A program made the position numbers and the translations under genes. From an uncultured Rhodobacterales bacterium (GTDB lineage: Bacteria > Pseudomonadota > Alphaproteobacteria > Rhodobacterales > Rhodobacteraceae), in contig CAZRQN010000002.1 of NCBI GenBank assembly GCA_964602115.1, forward strand, positions 248-64,247: DNA of 64,000 nt, read 5' to 3'. Positions 37,574-47,741 of the stretch are shown here, piece by piece. The number at the start of each line of letters is the position of its first letter. Position 1 is the first letter of the stretch. The notes beneath the pieces are model-generated. The model saw nothing but the letters and a program-made list of their open reading frames with translations. It did not search any database and was not told the DNA's origin.

Positions 37574-38575
37574 ATGGCCTTCAACCTGAAGAACCGGAGC
37601 CTCCTTTCCCTGCGCGACTATACCCCGCGCGAGATCGGCTTCCTCCTGAAGCTTGCCGCCGATCTCAAGGCCGCGAAATATGCCGGGACCGAGGTTCCGA
37701 AACTGCGCGGCAAGGATATTGCCCTGATCTTCGAGAAGGATTCGACCCGGACAAGGGTCGGGTTCGAGGTTGCGGCCTATGACCAGGGCGCGCGGGTCAC
37801 CTATCTGGGGCCGACCGGCAGCCATATCGGCCACAAGGAGACGGTCAAGGACACCGCCCGAGTGCTGGGGCGCATCTACGATGCCATCGAATATCGCGGC
37901 TTCGGGCAGGAGGTGGTGGAGGAACTGGCGAAAAATGCTGGCGTGCCGGTCTATAACGGCCTGACGGATCAATTCCACCCGACGCAGATTCTCGCCGATT
38001 TCCTGACCATGCAGGAGCACAGCGAGAAACCCCTGCGCGAGATTGCCTTTGTCTTCGTAGGTGACGCCGCCAACAACATGGGTGACAGCCTGCTGATCGG
38101 CGGGGCGAAGATGGGCATGGATGTCCGGCTCTGTGCCCCCGGGGCCTGCTGGCCGCACCAGTCAATCCGGGACGAGGCGGCGGCGGTCGCCCGCGAAACC
38201 GGCGCACGGATCATGGTCAGCGATGACATCGCCAAGGCAGTCGCGGGCGTCGATTTCGTCTATACTGATGTCTGGCTTTCCATGGGCGAGCCCGCAGAGA
38301 AGTGGGCCGAACGCATCCGCCTGCTGATGCCCTATCAGGTCAACGCCGCGATGATGGCCGGGACAGGCAACCCGCGCGTGAAGTTCATGCATTGCCTGCC
38401 CGCCTTCCATAATGCCGGGACGACCGTCGGGGCCGAGATCAAGGAGAAATTCGGCATCGAAGCGATGGAGGTGACCGAGGAAGTCTTCGAAAGCCCCGCC
38501 TCGATCGTCTTCGATCAGGCCGAGAACCGGCTCCATACGATCAAGGCGGTTCTGGTCGCCACGCTGGGGGCCTGA
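37574..38575 (+). CDS. arcB: Ornithine carbamoyltransferase (catabolic by operon context)
   Basis: The N-terminus is [32 protein letters not shown]. The carbamoyl-phosphate motif STRTR and the motif HCLPAFH are present. Confidence 0.9.
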   Translation: MAFNLKNRSLLSLRDYTPREIGFLLKLAADLKAAKYAGTEVPKLRGKDIALIFEKDSTRTRVGFEVAAYDQGARVTYLGPTGSHIGHKETVKDTARVLGRIYDAIEYRGFGQEVVEELAKNAGVPVYNGLTDQFHPTQILADFLTMQEHSEKPLREIAFVFVGDAANNMGDSLLIGGAKMGMDVRLCAPGACWPHQSIRDEAAAVARETGARIMVSDDIAKAVAGVDFVYTDVWLSMGEPAEKWAERIRLLMPYQVNAAMMAGTGNPRVKFMHCLPAFHNAGTTVGAEIKEKFGIEAMEVTEEVFESPASIVFDQAENRLHTIKAVLVATLGA

Positions 38576-38576
38576 G

Positions 38577-39500
38577 GTGCTGATCGTCGCGGCCCTGGGC
38601 GGCAATGCCCTTCTGCGGCGCGGCCAGCCGCTGACGGCCGAACTTCAGCGCGCCAATGTCCGGGTCGCGGCCCAGGCCCTGGCGCATATCGTCCGGGCCG
38701 GGCACCGGCTGGTCGTGACCCATGGCAACGGCCCGCAGGTCGGGCTTCTGGCGCTGCAGGGAGCGGCCTACCGGCCGGACGAGGCCTATCCGCTGGACGT
38801 GCTCGGTGCCGAGACCGAGGGCATGATCGGCTATATGATCGAGCAGGAACTGGAGAATGTCCTGGCTCATCGCCAACCGGTCGCGACGCTCCTGACCCAG
38901 GTGGTGGTTGACGCCCGCGACCCGGCCTTTGCCAAACCGACCAAATTCGTCGGCCCGGTCTATGACCGGCCGGAGGCCGAATCCCGGGCAAGGGCGGCCG
39001 GCTGGAACATTGCCCCGGATGGCGACAAGTGGCGCCGGGTCGTGCCTTCGCCCAAACCCATCGAAATTCCTGACCTGCGGGTGCTGCGGCTGCTGCTTGA
39101 CGCGGGCGTGACCGTCATCTGCGCCGGCGGAGGCGGCATCCCGGTGCTGCGCAGCCCCGATGGCAGTCTGATCGGGGTCGAGGCGGTGATCGACAAGGAC
39201 GCGGCCAGCGCGTTGCTGGCGGCGGAACTTGATGCAGATGCGCTCCTCCTCCTGACGGATGTCGATGGCGTCTATGACGACTGGGGAACCCGGCGGCAGC
39301 GACGCCTGGACAGGCTCTCCCGGGCAGAGGCCCAAGCCCGGACCTTTCCGGCCGGGTCGATGGGACCAAAGGTCGAGGCTGCGGTGGCCTTTGCGGAAAG
39401 GACCGGAAAGGTCGCGGGCATCGGCAGGCTTGACCAGGCGCTGGCGATCCTGAGCGGAACCTCCGGCACGCTTGTCGGAGACCTGCGTCCGACGACCTAG
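38577..39500 (+). CDS. arcC: Carbamate kinase
   Basis: A GTG start lies 1 nt after the arcB stop. The N-terminus is [16 protein letters not shown]....[11 protein letters not shown], and CAGGGGIPV is also present. The length is 307 aa. Confidence 0.9.
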   Translation: MLIVAALGGNALLRRGQPLTAELQRANVRVAAQALAHIVRAGHRLVVTHGNGPQVGLLALQGAAYRPDEAYPLDVLGAETEGMIGYMIEQELENVLAHRQPVATLLTQVVVDARDPAFAKPTKFVGPVYDRPEAESRARAAGWNIAPDGDKWRRVVPSPKPIEIPDLRVLRLLLDAGVTVICAGGGGIPVLRSPDGSLIGVEAVIDKDAASALLAAELDADALLLLTDVDGVYDDWGTRRQRRLDRLSRAEAQARTFPAGSMGPKVEAAVAFAERTGKVAGIGRLDQALAILSGTSGTLVGDLRPTT

Positions 39501-39878
39501 GGAAAGAACCCATCGATCCGTTTGCGGACGGCAGTGCGGCCTCCGCCACGCCCGGCATCCGAGTTGGGGTCCCTTGCCGGTGGCGCGCGTCCCGCCTCGC
39601 GCGCCGCCCCCGGCGCCTTCGCCATGCGCGTCCTGACCTCAACTTCGGCCCGTCGCGAGGCGGCATCCGTTTCGAACCGGACCACCGTGAAGTTGGGCGC
39701 CGGGCCTGCCAGTCCAACACCGTATCGCCGAATGCCGGACAGAGACTCGCGCCGCCCTGACCGGAAGTACCGGACGCGAATGCAGCCCTCCAGATGCCGG
39801 CGGGGCTCGCAAGCTGCGAAAGACGCACCATGGCGGCTATGGCAAGAACGCCATCAATGCGTTGGAAGTGGCGGTGCC

Positions 39879-39967
39879 GTCAGACGAATGCGAACGCGTC
39901 TCCGCCTGCCCTACGCACGCCGGGCGTCAGGACGCGAGAAGGCCGCGCCGCTCGGCGAGAGCGGCGG
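39879..39967. repeat. Copy A of an 89-nt repeat, the 3' tail of an unidentified mobile-element gene on the minus strand
   Basis: By hand alignment, 75 of 89 positions are identical to 63227-63315, in the same orientation. The minus strand reads ...AAALAERRGLLAS-stop. The repeat is truncated by the IS3 derivative at 40020. Confidence 0.5.
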
Positions 39968-40019
39968 CTCGGTTCGCATTGCAGTGGTCACGGGAGGACA
40001 GGGCGCGCCCCGGGGGAAA

Positions 40020-40585
40020 TGGAACCGCACCCGGTTTGCCTGAGGCTGATTTCGGTTGAATGCGCGGCGAAGGGTCCAGGTTCCAGAGCGGCGTGGAAGT
40101 TGGTCTCGGCTTGTGACGGCGGGATGTTCCGGATTGGCTTGAGGAGACGGCGGTTGGTGAACCAGTCCACCCATTCCGGCGTTCGTATTCGACCGCTTCG
40201 AAGCTGCTCCACGGTCCAGGCTGGATGACCCCCGCCACCGCAAAACATGCTGATGCGCTGCGAAGGAACTCGTTCGCCTTGCGCAGCTCATGGTTCTCCC
40301 GCTCTGGCGCATCCATCCTCTCGGCTACATGGGTCGGAACGCCTGGTCGCTGACCGCTGCCGACGTCAGCCTTTTGGACCCGGTCGTTCAGCGCCGGCGG
40401 CATGCAGCCAATCCTCGTCGAGATCGACCTGACCGCCTGCCAGCGGGACGCGTGCTGGCCCTCGGTGTGGAGAACCAACCGCACCGCACGCCCGCGCACT
40501 TCAGGGAGAAAACTTGTTCGTGGTCTTGCTGATGATGCTCATCCCACTCAAGGGTCTTAGCCTCCGGCAAACCCGGCGCGGTTCA
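40020..40585 (-). mobile_element. IS3-family internal-deletion derivative (about 566 bp) with both terminal inverted repeats
   Basis: The IRs TGAACCGCGCCGGGTTTGCCGGAGGCT (revcomp of ..40585) and GGAACCGCACCCGGTTTGCCTGAGGCT (40021..) differ at 4 of about 27 positions. The orfA-like frame is MSIISKTTNKFSP(frameshift)EVRGRAVRLVL...ERENHELRKANEFLRSASACFA. It is fused to the orfB C-terminal scrap FEAVEY..EWVDWFTNRRLLKPIRNIPPSQAE. Confidence 0.7.
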
Positions 40586-40802
40586 AGTCCGACTTGTCGG
40601 GCAGCACCGTCAGGACGCCTAAGCCGTCTCCGGGCCGGGCTCGCAGAACCCCAAGGGGCGCGGACAATAAGCTATCAAAAACAATGAACTACATGAGAGC
40701 GCCGGAGTGGGCGCAAAGGAGAATGGCTTTGCAGCAGATCATGATTGACTCTAAGGTTAGAATAAATATATCAATATAGTGAATATGGGCGAGGAGGGCT
40801 CA

Positions 40803-41561
40803 GTGACCTATGATGTTGAGCCGCTCCGGCGGCCCGAAGGGGGCTTGGCTGACGAGCTTGTCCGCAGGATGGAGGCTCTGATCAGCGAGCGGGGCGCGCG
40901 TGGCGAAATGCGCCTCGGCTCCAAGGAGGAATTGCGGCAAGCCTTCCAGGTGGCGCATGGCACCTTGAACGAAGCGCTGCGCGTGCTCGAATCCCGCGGA
41001 TTGATCGAGTTGCGGCGCGGCCCGCAGGGGGGCTGCTTCGTTGCCCGGCCCTCGGTCTATGTGCGTTTGAGCAACATCTTCCTGGGGTTCAAAGGTACGT
41101 CGGAAGAGACGGTGAAGGACTGCTTGTGGGTTCGTGATCAGCTTGAAGTTCTGATCACCGTCGAGGCGGCCAAGGCCGCGCCGTCGCGGCCGCAAGATGT
41201 CGCCCGGCTTTACGAACTGCTGAAAAGTATGGGCGACACGGTCCACGAGCCGCAGGTCAGCTTGAAGTGGAACTGGGAGCTGCACCGCACGATCTGCCAC
41301 ATGGGGCGCAACAAGGTCCTGGCCGGCATGTATCTGGCGCTGCTCGATTATGTCGAAGCAGAGCTTGAAGTTGTTGCGCCCGCTTCCAGTGCGGAACGCA
41401 ACAAGAAGATCATGGAAATGCACCGCGAGATCGTGGACGCCGTCGCATCGGGGGACCCGACTCGCGCCAAAATGGCCGCCCGCATGCACCCCTTGCCGCC
41501 CGAGGAGGCCGAACCAGCGGCTGCCAGTGCGGCACAGTCCGACCGCTTGGATGGAGAGTGA
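40803..41561 (+). CDS. GntR/FadR-family transcriptional regulator (FCD-type C-terminal domain)
   Basis: The wHTH is LGSKEELRQAFQVAHGTLNEALRVLESRGLIELRRGPQGGCFV. A GTG lies 4-5 nt after GAGGAGGG. The ORF opens at 40779. Confidence 0.8.
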   Translation: MTYDVEPLRRPEGGLADELVRRMEALISERGARGEMRLGSKEELRQAFQVAHGTLNEALRVLESRGLIELRRGPQGGCFVARPSVYVRLSNIFLGFKGTSEETVKDCLWVRDQLEVLITVEAAKAAPSRPQDVARLYELLKSMGDTVHEPQVSLKWNWELHRTICHMGRNKVLAGMYLALLDYVEAELEVVAPASSAERNKKIMEMHREIVDAVASGDPTRAKMAARMHPLPPEEAEPAAASAAQSDRLDGE

Positions 41562-41562
41562 C

Positions 41563-43101
41563 ATGCAGAATGTCGCATCTCAGTCCAATCCCGACGCCAA
41601 GGTGATCCTGACGTTCACGGGGGTGACCAAGCAGTTCGGCGGCACTCAGGCTTTGCGCAATGTCGACTTCGACGTTCGTTCGGGTGAGGCCCACGCGCTC
41701 TTGGGCGCAAACGGCGCCGGGAAATCCACGCTGATCAAGATCCTTGCCGGCATCCACGCGCAGGACAAGGGCGAGATCCTGCTCGGTGGCGAGGCTTTGA
41801 CAGAGGCCATGCTGGGAACCCGGATTTCCTTTGTTCATCAAGACCTCGGACTGATCGACAGCATGAGCGTGGGCGAGAACATGGCGATGGCCTATGGCTA
41901 TCCGCGCAAGGGACGACTGATTGACTGGGCATCGGTCAACGCGCGGGCGAGCAAGGCCCTGGCGCAACTTGGCACCCCGTTGCCCTCAGAGAGGAAGGTC
42001 GCCGATCTCAGCCAGGCGGAGAAGGCGATCGTTGCGATTGCCCGTGCCGTCGCGCGGAATGTGGACGTCCTTGTGCTGGACGAACCTACGGCCAGCCTGC
42101 CCGATGCCGATGTGGAACGGCTCTTCGCCGCCGTGCGCGCGCTGAAAGCGCAGAACGTCGGCGTCATCTATGTCAGCCATCGTCTTGATGAAATCTTCAA
42201 GATTGCCGATGCCGTGACCGTACTGCGCGACGGTCAGGTGGTGGCGACCTATCGGCCGCTGACCGTTACCCCGGACCAGCTGGTGCTGGACATTTGTGGC
42301 AAGGCGCCCATCAAACGCCACTCCGCCGGACGCAGGAGCCAGAGCCCTGTCGCCATGCGCGTGACCAATCTTGAAGTTGAAGGGGCAGGCCCGGTCACGT
42401 TCGAGGTGATGGCCGGCGAGATATTGGGCCTCGCCGGTTTGCGTGGCCAGGGCCAGGAGGCCGTCGGCCGTGCCATCGGGGGGCTGCGGCGGGCCGGCGC
42501 CGGCACTATCGAAGTTGGCGGGCGGGTCCAGTCCATCGCGGCTCCATCCCAAGCCATCGCTGCCGGGATCGGTTTCGCATCGTCAAAACGTGCAGAAGAA
42601 GGTTTGGCTGCGAACTTGACCGTTCGGGAGAACCTTTATCTCAACCCGACGAATTTCGGCCGAAAAGCCCTTCAATTCCTGGGGGCACCCGCCGAAAGCC
42701 GGCAAGCGGCACAGGTTCTGAACCGGTTGGATGTGCGGCCGAAGGATCCCGAAAAGGATGTGATCACGCTGAGCGGCGGCAACCAGCAAAAGGTCGTCCT
42801 CGCCCGCCTCGTGGGGCAATCCTACAAGGTGCTCCTGCTGGAGGATCCGACCATTGGCGTCGATGTGGGCGCCAAGGCCGAGATATACAACACGCTGGCA
42901 AAAGGCGCTGCAGATGGCGCCGCTTGCATCGTCGTTTCCACCGATCTCGAAGAACTCGTCCAGATTTGCGACCGGGTCCTGGCCTTCGGTTCGGGTCGCA
43001 TCGTCGAGGAAATCGACCGCGAGAATCTGACGATGGAAGTTCTGATCAGCGCGATCAGCGGAGCCGACCGTCAGACTGAACTCATGACCCTGCCGTCCTG
43101 A
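41563..43101 (+). CDS. Sugar-type ABC transporter ATP-binding protein (duplicated ABC cassette)
   Basis: The first cassette has GANGAGKSTLIKILAG and LVLDEPTASL. The second cassette has LSGGNQQKVVLAR and LLLEDPTIGVD. The length is 512 aa. Confidence 0.9.
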   Translation: MQNVASQSNPDAKVILTFTGVTKQFGGTQALRNVDFDVRSGEAHALLGANGAGKSTLIKILAGIHAQDKGEILLGGEALTEAMLGTRISFVHQDLGLIDSMSVGENMAMAYGYPRKGRLIDWASVNARASKALAQLGTPLPSERKVADLSQAEKAIVAIARAVARNVDVLVLDEPTASLPDADVERLFAAVRALKAQNVGVIYVSHRLDEIFKIADAVTVLRDGQVVATYRPLTVTPDQLVLDICGKAPIKRHSAGRRSQSPVAMRVTNLEVEGAGPVTFEVMAGEILGLAGLRGQGQEAVGRAIGGLRRAGAGTIEVGGRVQSIAAPSQAIAAGIGFASSKRAEEGLAANLTVRENLYLNPTNFGRKALQFLGAPAESRQAAQVLNRLDVRPKDPEKDVITLSGGNQQKVVLARLVGQSYKVLLLEDPTIGVDVGAKAEIYNTLAKGAADGAACIVVSTDLEELVQICDRVLAFGSGRIVEEIDRENLTMEVLISAISGADRQTELMTLPS

Positions 43102-43148
43102 ACACCACCGGCACATCCCATCAGGTGCGGCTCGGAACAACGGAAACA

Positions 43149-44192
43149 ATGGCGATGAACAGTACGAAAGCAAAGGCGTCACTGCCGAACACAACGCCAG
43201 CCGAGCCCGCAGACGCCCGGAGGCGCAGCCTGGGGCAAACGCTGCTCGGGGTGGCGTCGAACCAGGGGTTGTTCGTCCTCGCGATCATATTCGTCGTCGT
43301 CTATGCGATCCTTCTGCCCGACACCTTCCTGTCGAAACAGACGTTCCGTGCCATCGTGGCGTCCAGCGTCATCGTGGCATTCCTCAGCCTTGCTCAAACG
43401 ATCGTTGTGGCGTCGAACAATTACGACCTTTCCATCGCCTACAATCTGGGCCTGTCCCATATCGTGGTCCTGGGCATCCTCACCCAGACTAGTCTGCCGT
43501 GGCCACTTGCGGTGGCATTGACGGTCGGAATGGGCGTCGTGATTGGACTCATCAATGGCCTGCTGGTCGAGAAAGCGAAGATCGACAGCCTGATAGCGAC
43601 ACTTGGAATCGGCACGATCCTCTATGGTCTCGGTGCCTGGTACACTAACGGTGCGCAGGTGATCGGTGATCTTCCCGACTATTTCACGGCGATTAATGAC
43701 GGGACGATCTTCGGGGTGCCGCTGCCCGCCCTTTTTGTCGCGGTACTGGTTGCGGCAGTCTGGATTGCCTTCGAGTACCTGCCGATCGGGCGTCAGGTCT
43801 ATGCTGTTGGCGGCAATCGCAAAGCAGCGGTACTGACGGGCATCAATTCGCAGAAGCTGATCATCGGTGTCTTCATGGTCAGCGGTGCGATTGCAAGCTT
43901 CGCCGGAGTGGTCCTCGGTGCCCGGCTCCATGTCGCGCAAAGCGCGGTGGGGCCCGAGTTCCTGTTGCCCTCCTTTGTCGGTGCCTTGTTGGGCAGCACC
44001 ACCATTCGACCGGGTCGCCCGAATGCTCTGGGCACGATTGTCGCTGTCCTTGTCCTGGCCATCGGGATCGCAGGACTGCAGCAACTCGGCGGCGGCTTCT
44101 GGGTAGAACCGGTCTTTCAGGGCTCCAGTCTCATCTTGTCCGTCGGGCTTGCGGGCTACGCCGCGCGGCGACGACGCGAGGGCAATCGCTAG
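43149..44192 (+). CDS. Sugar ABC transporter permease (RbsC/BPD_transp_2 type)
   Basis: It is a polytopic membrane protein with IDSLIATLGIGTILYG and AVGGNRKAAVLTGIN motifs, typical of ribose-type permeases. Confidence 0.85.
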   Translation: MAMNSTKAKASLPNTTPAEPADARRRSLGQTLLGVASNQGLFVLAIIFVVVYAILLPDTFLSKQTFRAIVASSVIVAFLSLAQTIVVASNNYDLSIAYNLGLSHIVVLGILTQTSLPWPLAVALTVGMGVVIGLINGLLVEKAKIDSLIATLGIGTILYGLGAWYTNGAQVIGDLPDYFTAINDGTIFGVPLPALFVAVLVAAVWIAFEYLPIGRQVYAVGGNRKAAVLTGINSQKLIIGVFMVSGAIASFAGVVLGARLHVAQSAVGPEFLLPSFVGALLGSTTIRPGRPNALGTIVAVLVLAIGIAGLQQLGGGFWVEPVFQGSSLILSVGLAGYAARRRREGNR

Positions 44193-44276
44193 GCGTGAAC
44201 CGACGCAGGGCGTGAACAGGCCCGCATGACCGCCTGAATCAAGAGTCGTGCGAAACATAAAGGGAGGAATCCGAGA

Positions 44277-45395
44277 ATGTACACCAAGCGTAAACTCTTG
44301 GCCTTGGTCGGCGCGTCCGCTTTGCTCGGTGCAACCAGCCTGGCCACCCCGGTCCTGGCCGAAAGCCTGGACCAGATCATCGCGGACTCCAATGCCGCCA
44401 CCGCGCCGGTCACTCAGTGGGACGGCCCCACGACCGGACCCGCCGCTGATCCCGGGAAATTCATCGTTTACGTCGCCGACACCCAGACCAATGCCGGCAG
44501 CGCCGGTACGGCCGCAGGTGCGAAGGAAGCGGCCGATGCCTTGGGGTGGAAGTTCCAGCTGCTTGATGGCCAGAACACGGCGACAGGAGAGTCGGCGGCT
44601 CTGGAGCAGGCGATTGCCCTCAAGCCGGACGGCATCATCCTTGGCAGTCTCCCGGTGGAACGGTTCGCCGATCTGTTGAAGCGCGCCGACGAGGCGGGGA
44701 TCAAGATTGTCGGCTGGCACGTCGCGGCATCGCCGGGCAAGGTCGAAGGCGTTCCGCAAATCTTCTGGAACCTGTCGACCGATCCCTATGCCATTGCCAA
44801 TACCGCTGCCAAATTCGCAGTCGCGCACAGCAACGGGACCGCGAAAGTGGTGATCCTGAGCGACCGCCAATATCCGATCGTCGTGACCAAGGTCACCGGC
44901 CAGATCGACGGGATCAAGGCCTGCGACACCTGCGAAGTTCTGTCCGAAGAAAACGCGCCCTACACCGAAATCTCGCAGCGCATGCCGTCGCTGATGGGGG
45001 CCTTGCTGCAGCGCTATGGCGACAATCTGGGCTACATGCTGGCCTTCAACGATCTCTACTTCGACTTCTCGGTGCCGACCCTGCGCGCCAACGGCATCGC
45101 GGCGGATCAGAAGCCGTTCCTGATTTCGGCGGGCGACGGTTCGGAATCGGCCTACGACCGCATTCGCAAGGGCGAATACCAGATCGGCACTGTGCCCGAG
45201 CCGCTGAACATGCACGGCTGGCAGGCGATTGACGAGTTGAACCGCGCGTTCCACGGCGAAGAGCCTTCGGGCTACATTACCAAGGTCCACCTGGTCACCA
45301 AGGACAACATCGACGCCGATGGCGGTGACAAGAACAGCTTCGATCCCGGCAACGGCTATAGGGATGAATACAAGAAGATCTGGGGCATCCAGTAA
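44277..45395 (+). CDS. Sugar ABC transporter periplasmic substrate-binding protein
   Basis: The signal peptide is MYTKRKLLALVGASALLGATSLATPVLA. The body is like the LacI/RbsB-type periplasmic binding fold (KPDGIILGS, KIVGWH). Confidence 0.85.
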   Translation: MYTKRKLLALVGASALLGATSLATPVLAESLDQIIADSNAATAPVTQWDGPTTGPAADPGKFIVYVADTQTNAGSAGTAAGAKEAADALGWKFQLLDGQNTATGESAALEQAIALKPDGIILGSLPVERFADLLKRADEAGIKIVGWHVAASPGKVEGVPQIFWNLSTDPYAIANTAAKFAVAHSNGTAKVVILSDRQYPIVVTKVTGQIDGIKACDTCEVLSEENAPYTEISQRMPSLMGALLQRYGDNLGYMLAFNDLYFDFSVPTLRANGIAADQKPFLISAGDGSESAYDRIRKGEYQIGTVPEPLNMHGWQAIDELNRAFHGEEPSGYITKVHLVTKDNIDADGGDKNSFDPGNGYRDEYKKIWGIQ

Positions 45396-45413
45396 CCTGC
45401 AAATCAGAAATCC

Positions 45414-45439
45414 GGGCTGGCGGTCCAATCCGCCAGCCC
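45414..45439 (+). terminator. Terminator-like hairpin GGGCTGGCGG-tccaat-CCGCCAGCCC without a U-tract
   Basis: Read directly from the sequence. It lies 19 nt after the SBP stop. Confidence 0.4.
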
Positions 45440-45472
45440 CGAACGATGCAGCAGCCGGCCGGGGTCCAGAAC

Positions 45473-46453
45473 ATGGCAAGATTCGCTGAACGCGTTTTCG
45501 TCTTTGAACGCATTGATCCGACCGATGCATCGACGGTCTGGCTGCAGGAGCAGGGCGTTGAGGTCGTGCTGGGACGCCCGATGTGGGAGAAGGGCTTCCA
45601 ACGGTATTCGGACGACGAGATCATTGCGGCGGCGCGGGGCTTTGATGCGGTCATGGGGGCCAGCGGAGCCCATTTCCCGCGCCATGTGCTTGAGGCTTTG
45701 CCTCAACTGAAATTCATCTCGAAATACGGCGTGGGTTACGATTCCATCGACATCGCTGCGGCCAAAGATCGCGGCGTGATCGTTACCAACACGCCGACGC
45801 TGACCCAATCCTTCCCGGTCGCCGAACATGCCATCGCCATGATGCTGGCTCTGCGCAAGAAGCTCAACGTCTGGACGCCGCAGTTCATGGCCGAAGGCGG
45901 GTGGCGCGGCGACATCTTCGCCAACATCATCGGGGGAAGCACCGTCGGCATCGTCGGGCTTGGCAAGATCGGCGCGGGCGTGGCCCAGCGTCTTGCCGGT
46001 TGGGATGTCAGAATTCTGGCCTTCGATCCCTATCTGAAATCCGCGCCGGGCGGCGTCGAACTCTGCGGCCTCGATCACCTTCTCGCCGAGTCTGACATCG
46101 TGACTCTGCACGCGGCACCCAGCAACGAGAACCGCATGCTGATCAACGCGGAACGCCTTGCGCTGATGAAACCGAACGCCCTTCTGATCAATACCGGGCG
46201 GGCGTGGCTGGTGGACTATCCGGCTCTTCGTGCGGCTTTGCAGTCGGGGCAGATCGCCGGTGCCGGTCTTGACGTGTTCGAGACCGAACCGCCCGATGTC
46301 AATGACCCGCTTTTCAAGATGGGGAATGTCGTCGTGTCGCCGCACGCCGCAACCTGGACGGTCGAAAGCATGGCCAACATGGGCTGGCGCGGCGCGCGCA
46401 ATCTGATGGCGCTGATCAGCAGGGAAGGGTCGGCCGATATCGTCAATCCGTGA
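45473..46453 (+). CDS. D-isomer-specific 2-hydroxyacid dehydrogenase family protein
   Basis: The NAD fold is GSTVGIVGLGKIGAGVAQRL. The motifs LHAAP....MLIN, LINTGR, AGLDVF and SPHAA are also present. Confidence 0.85.
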   Translation: MARFAERVFVFERIDPTDASTVWLQEQGVEVVLGRPMWEKGFQRYSDDEIIAAARGFDAVMGASGAHFPRHVLEALPQLKFISKYGVGYDSIDIAAAKDRGVIVTNTPTLTQSFPVAEHAIAMMLALRKKLNVWTPQFMAEGGWRGDIFANIIGGSTVGIVGLGKIGAGVAQRLAGWDVRILAFDPYLKSAPGGVELCGLDHLLAESDIVTLHAAPSNENRMLINAERLALMKPNALLINTGRAWLVDYPALRAALQSGQIAGAGLDVFETEPPDVNDPLFKMGNVVVSPHAATWTVESMANMGWRGARNLMALISREGSADIVNP

Positions 46454-46472
46454 CGAGGGCTGTGCAAGGGGG

Positions 46473-47720
46473 ATGAAAATGGCTCAAGGACTCATCGCGG
46501 AAAGCGCGCGCAACGTCAAATTCCTGGGCCATTCGGATCAGGGCGGCCGCCCTGATGGCTGTCAGGTCATGGTCTCGAACGGCTTTGCCTATGTCTGCAA
46601 CAACTTCTCGGCTGGCCTGACCGTGCTGGACGTGCGCAATCCACGCGACCCCAAGGCTGTCAACTTCCTGCCGGTGCATCCCAATTCCTGGTCGATCCAC
46701 TGCCAGACCCACGGCGATCTGATGCTCGTGGTGGAAGAGTTCAATTTTTACAAGGTCTATGACAACGAAGAAAGCTACTATGGCGGTTCGATATCGGGCG
46801 TGCACAGTTCGAAATTCGGTGTGCGCGGCAAGGACTACACGGCGGGCCTAAGGGTCTATGACATTTCGGACCGGGCAAATCCGCGCGCCATCGGCTTCAT
46901 GGAAGTCGAAGGATTGGGGCTGCACCGGGTCTGGTGGGTCGGGGAACGCTATGCCTATGCCTCGGCTTTCCTCGATGGCTATTCCGACCACATGTTCATC
47001 ATCATCGACCTGGCAGACCCGACCAAGCCGGTTGAGGTCGGGCGGTGGTGGTTGCCAGGGATGTGGACGGCGGGAGGCGAGAAGGCGGATTTCTTCGGCC
47101 GGGTCGCATTGCACCATGCCGTCATCGCCGATGACGTGGCATATGGATGCTGGCGGGACGGTGGTCTGACGCTTCTGGACATCAAGGACAAGGCCAATCC
47201 CAAACTGATCGCCCACCGCAACTGGTGTCCGCCGTTTGCGGGCGGCACGCACAGCGCTCTGCCCTTGCCTGACCGAAAACTGGTGATCGTGGCGGATGAG
47301 GCGGTGAGGAACATCGACGTCGAGCCTCTGAAATACACATGGGTCGTGGACGTTCGCGCACCGGAAAACCCTGTGACGATTTCGACAATGCCGACACCGA
47401 CGGATCAGGACTACTTCAGAAAGCCGGGGCATTTCGGACCGCACAACCTCTGGGAAAACCGCCCTGAGGGCTATCAAAGTTCGCGCTACATCTTTGCGAC
47501 CTACCAGAACGCGGGTCTTCGGATTTTCGACATCGATAACCCGTTCCGGCCGGAAGAAGTCGGTTGGTTCGTGCCGCCGCCGCCGCGAAAGCTGGTGGAT
47601 TTCCGCCCCGACATCACGCTCCAACTCCACACGGCAGACATCTACGTTGAGAAGAATGGTCTTGGCTACATGACCGATTTCAACGGCGGGCTCTACGTCG
47701 TCGAAATCGACGGCATCTGA
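46473..47720 (+). CDS. LVIVD-repeat beta-propeller protein with no signal peptide
   Basis: There are seven spaced repeats of the form GL.(V/I).D(V/I)..p.nP. They are GLTVLDVRNPRDP, GLRVYDISDRANP, MFIIIDLADPTKP, GLTLLDIKDKANP, YTWVVDVRAPENP, GLRIFDIDNPFRP and GLYVVEIDG. Confidence 0.65.
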   Translation: MKMAQGLIAESARNVKFLGHSDQGGRPDGCQVMVSNGFAYVCNNFSAGLTVLDVRNPRDPKAVNFLPVHPNSWSIHCQTHGDLMLVVEEFNFYKVYDNEESYYGGSISGVHSSKFGVRGKDYTAGLRVYDISDRANPRAIGFMEVEGLGLHRVWWVGERYAYASAFLDGYSDHMFIIIDLADPTKPVEVGRWWLPGMWTAGGEKADFFGRVALHHAVIADDVAYGCWRDGGLTLLDIKDKANPKLIAHRNWCPPFAGGTHSALPLPDRKLVIVADEAVRNIDVEPLKYTWVVDVRAPENPVTISTMPTPTDQDYFRKPGHFGPHNLWENRPEGYQSSRYIFATYQNAGLRIFDIDNPFRPEEVGWFVPPPPRKLVDFRPDITLQLHTADIYVEKNGLGYMTDFNGGLYVVEIDGI

Positions 47721-47741
47721 AGCGCGGAACGAGGGACGGCC

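Noticed and set aside
39497-39878. Minus-strand ORFs between arcC and the IS debris, for example 39497-39685 (62 aa) and 39115-39831 (238 aa).
   Set aside because: The long ORF is antisense to arcC. The short one is low-complexity (Ala/Arg/Gly) with no start context or family resemblance. It could be more IS or gene debris, but that is not supportable.
43179-45530. A 783-aa minus-strand ORF antisense to the sugar ABC permease and SBP genes.
   Set aside because: The reasoning is the same. It has no recognisable domain, and the opposite strand carries well-supported genes.
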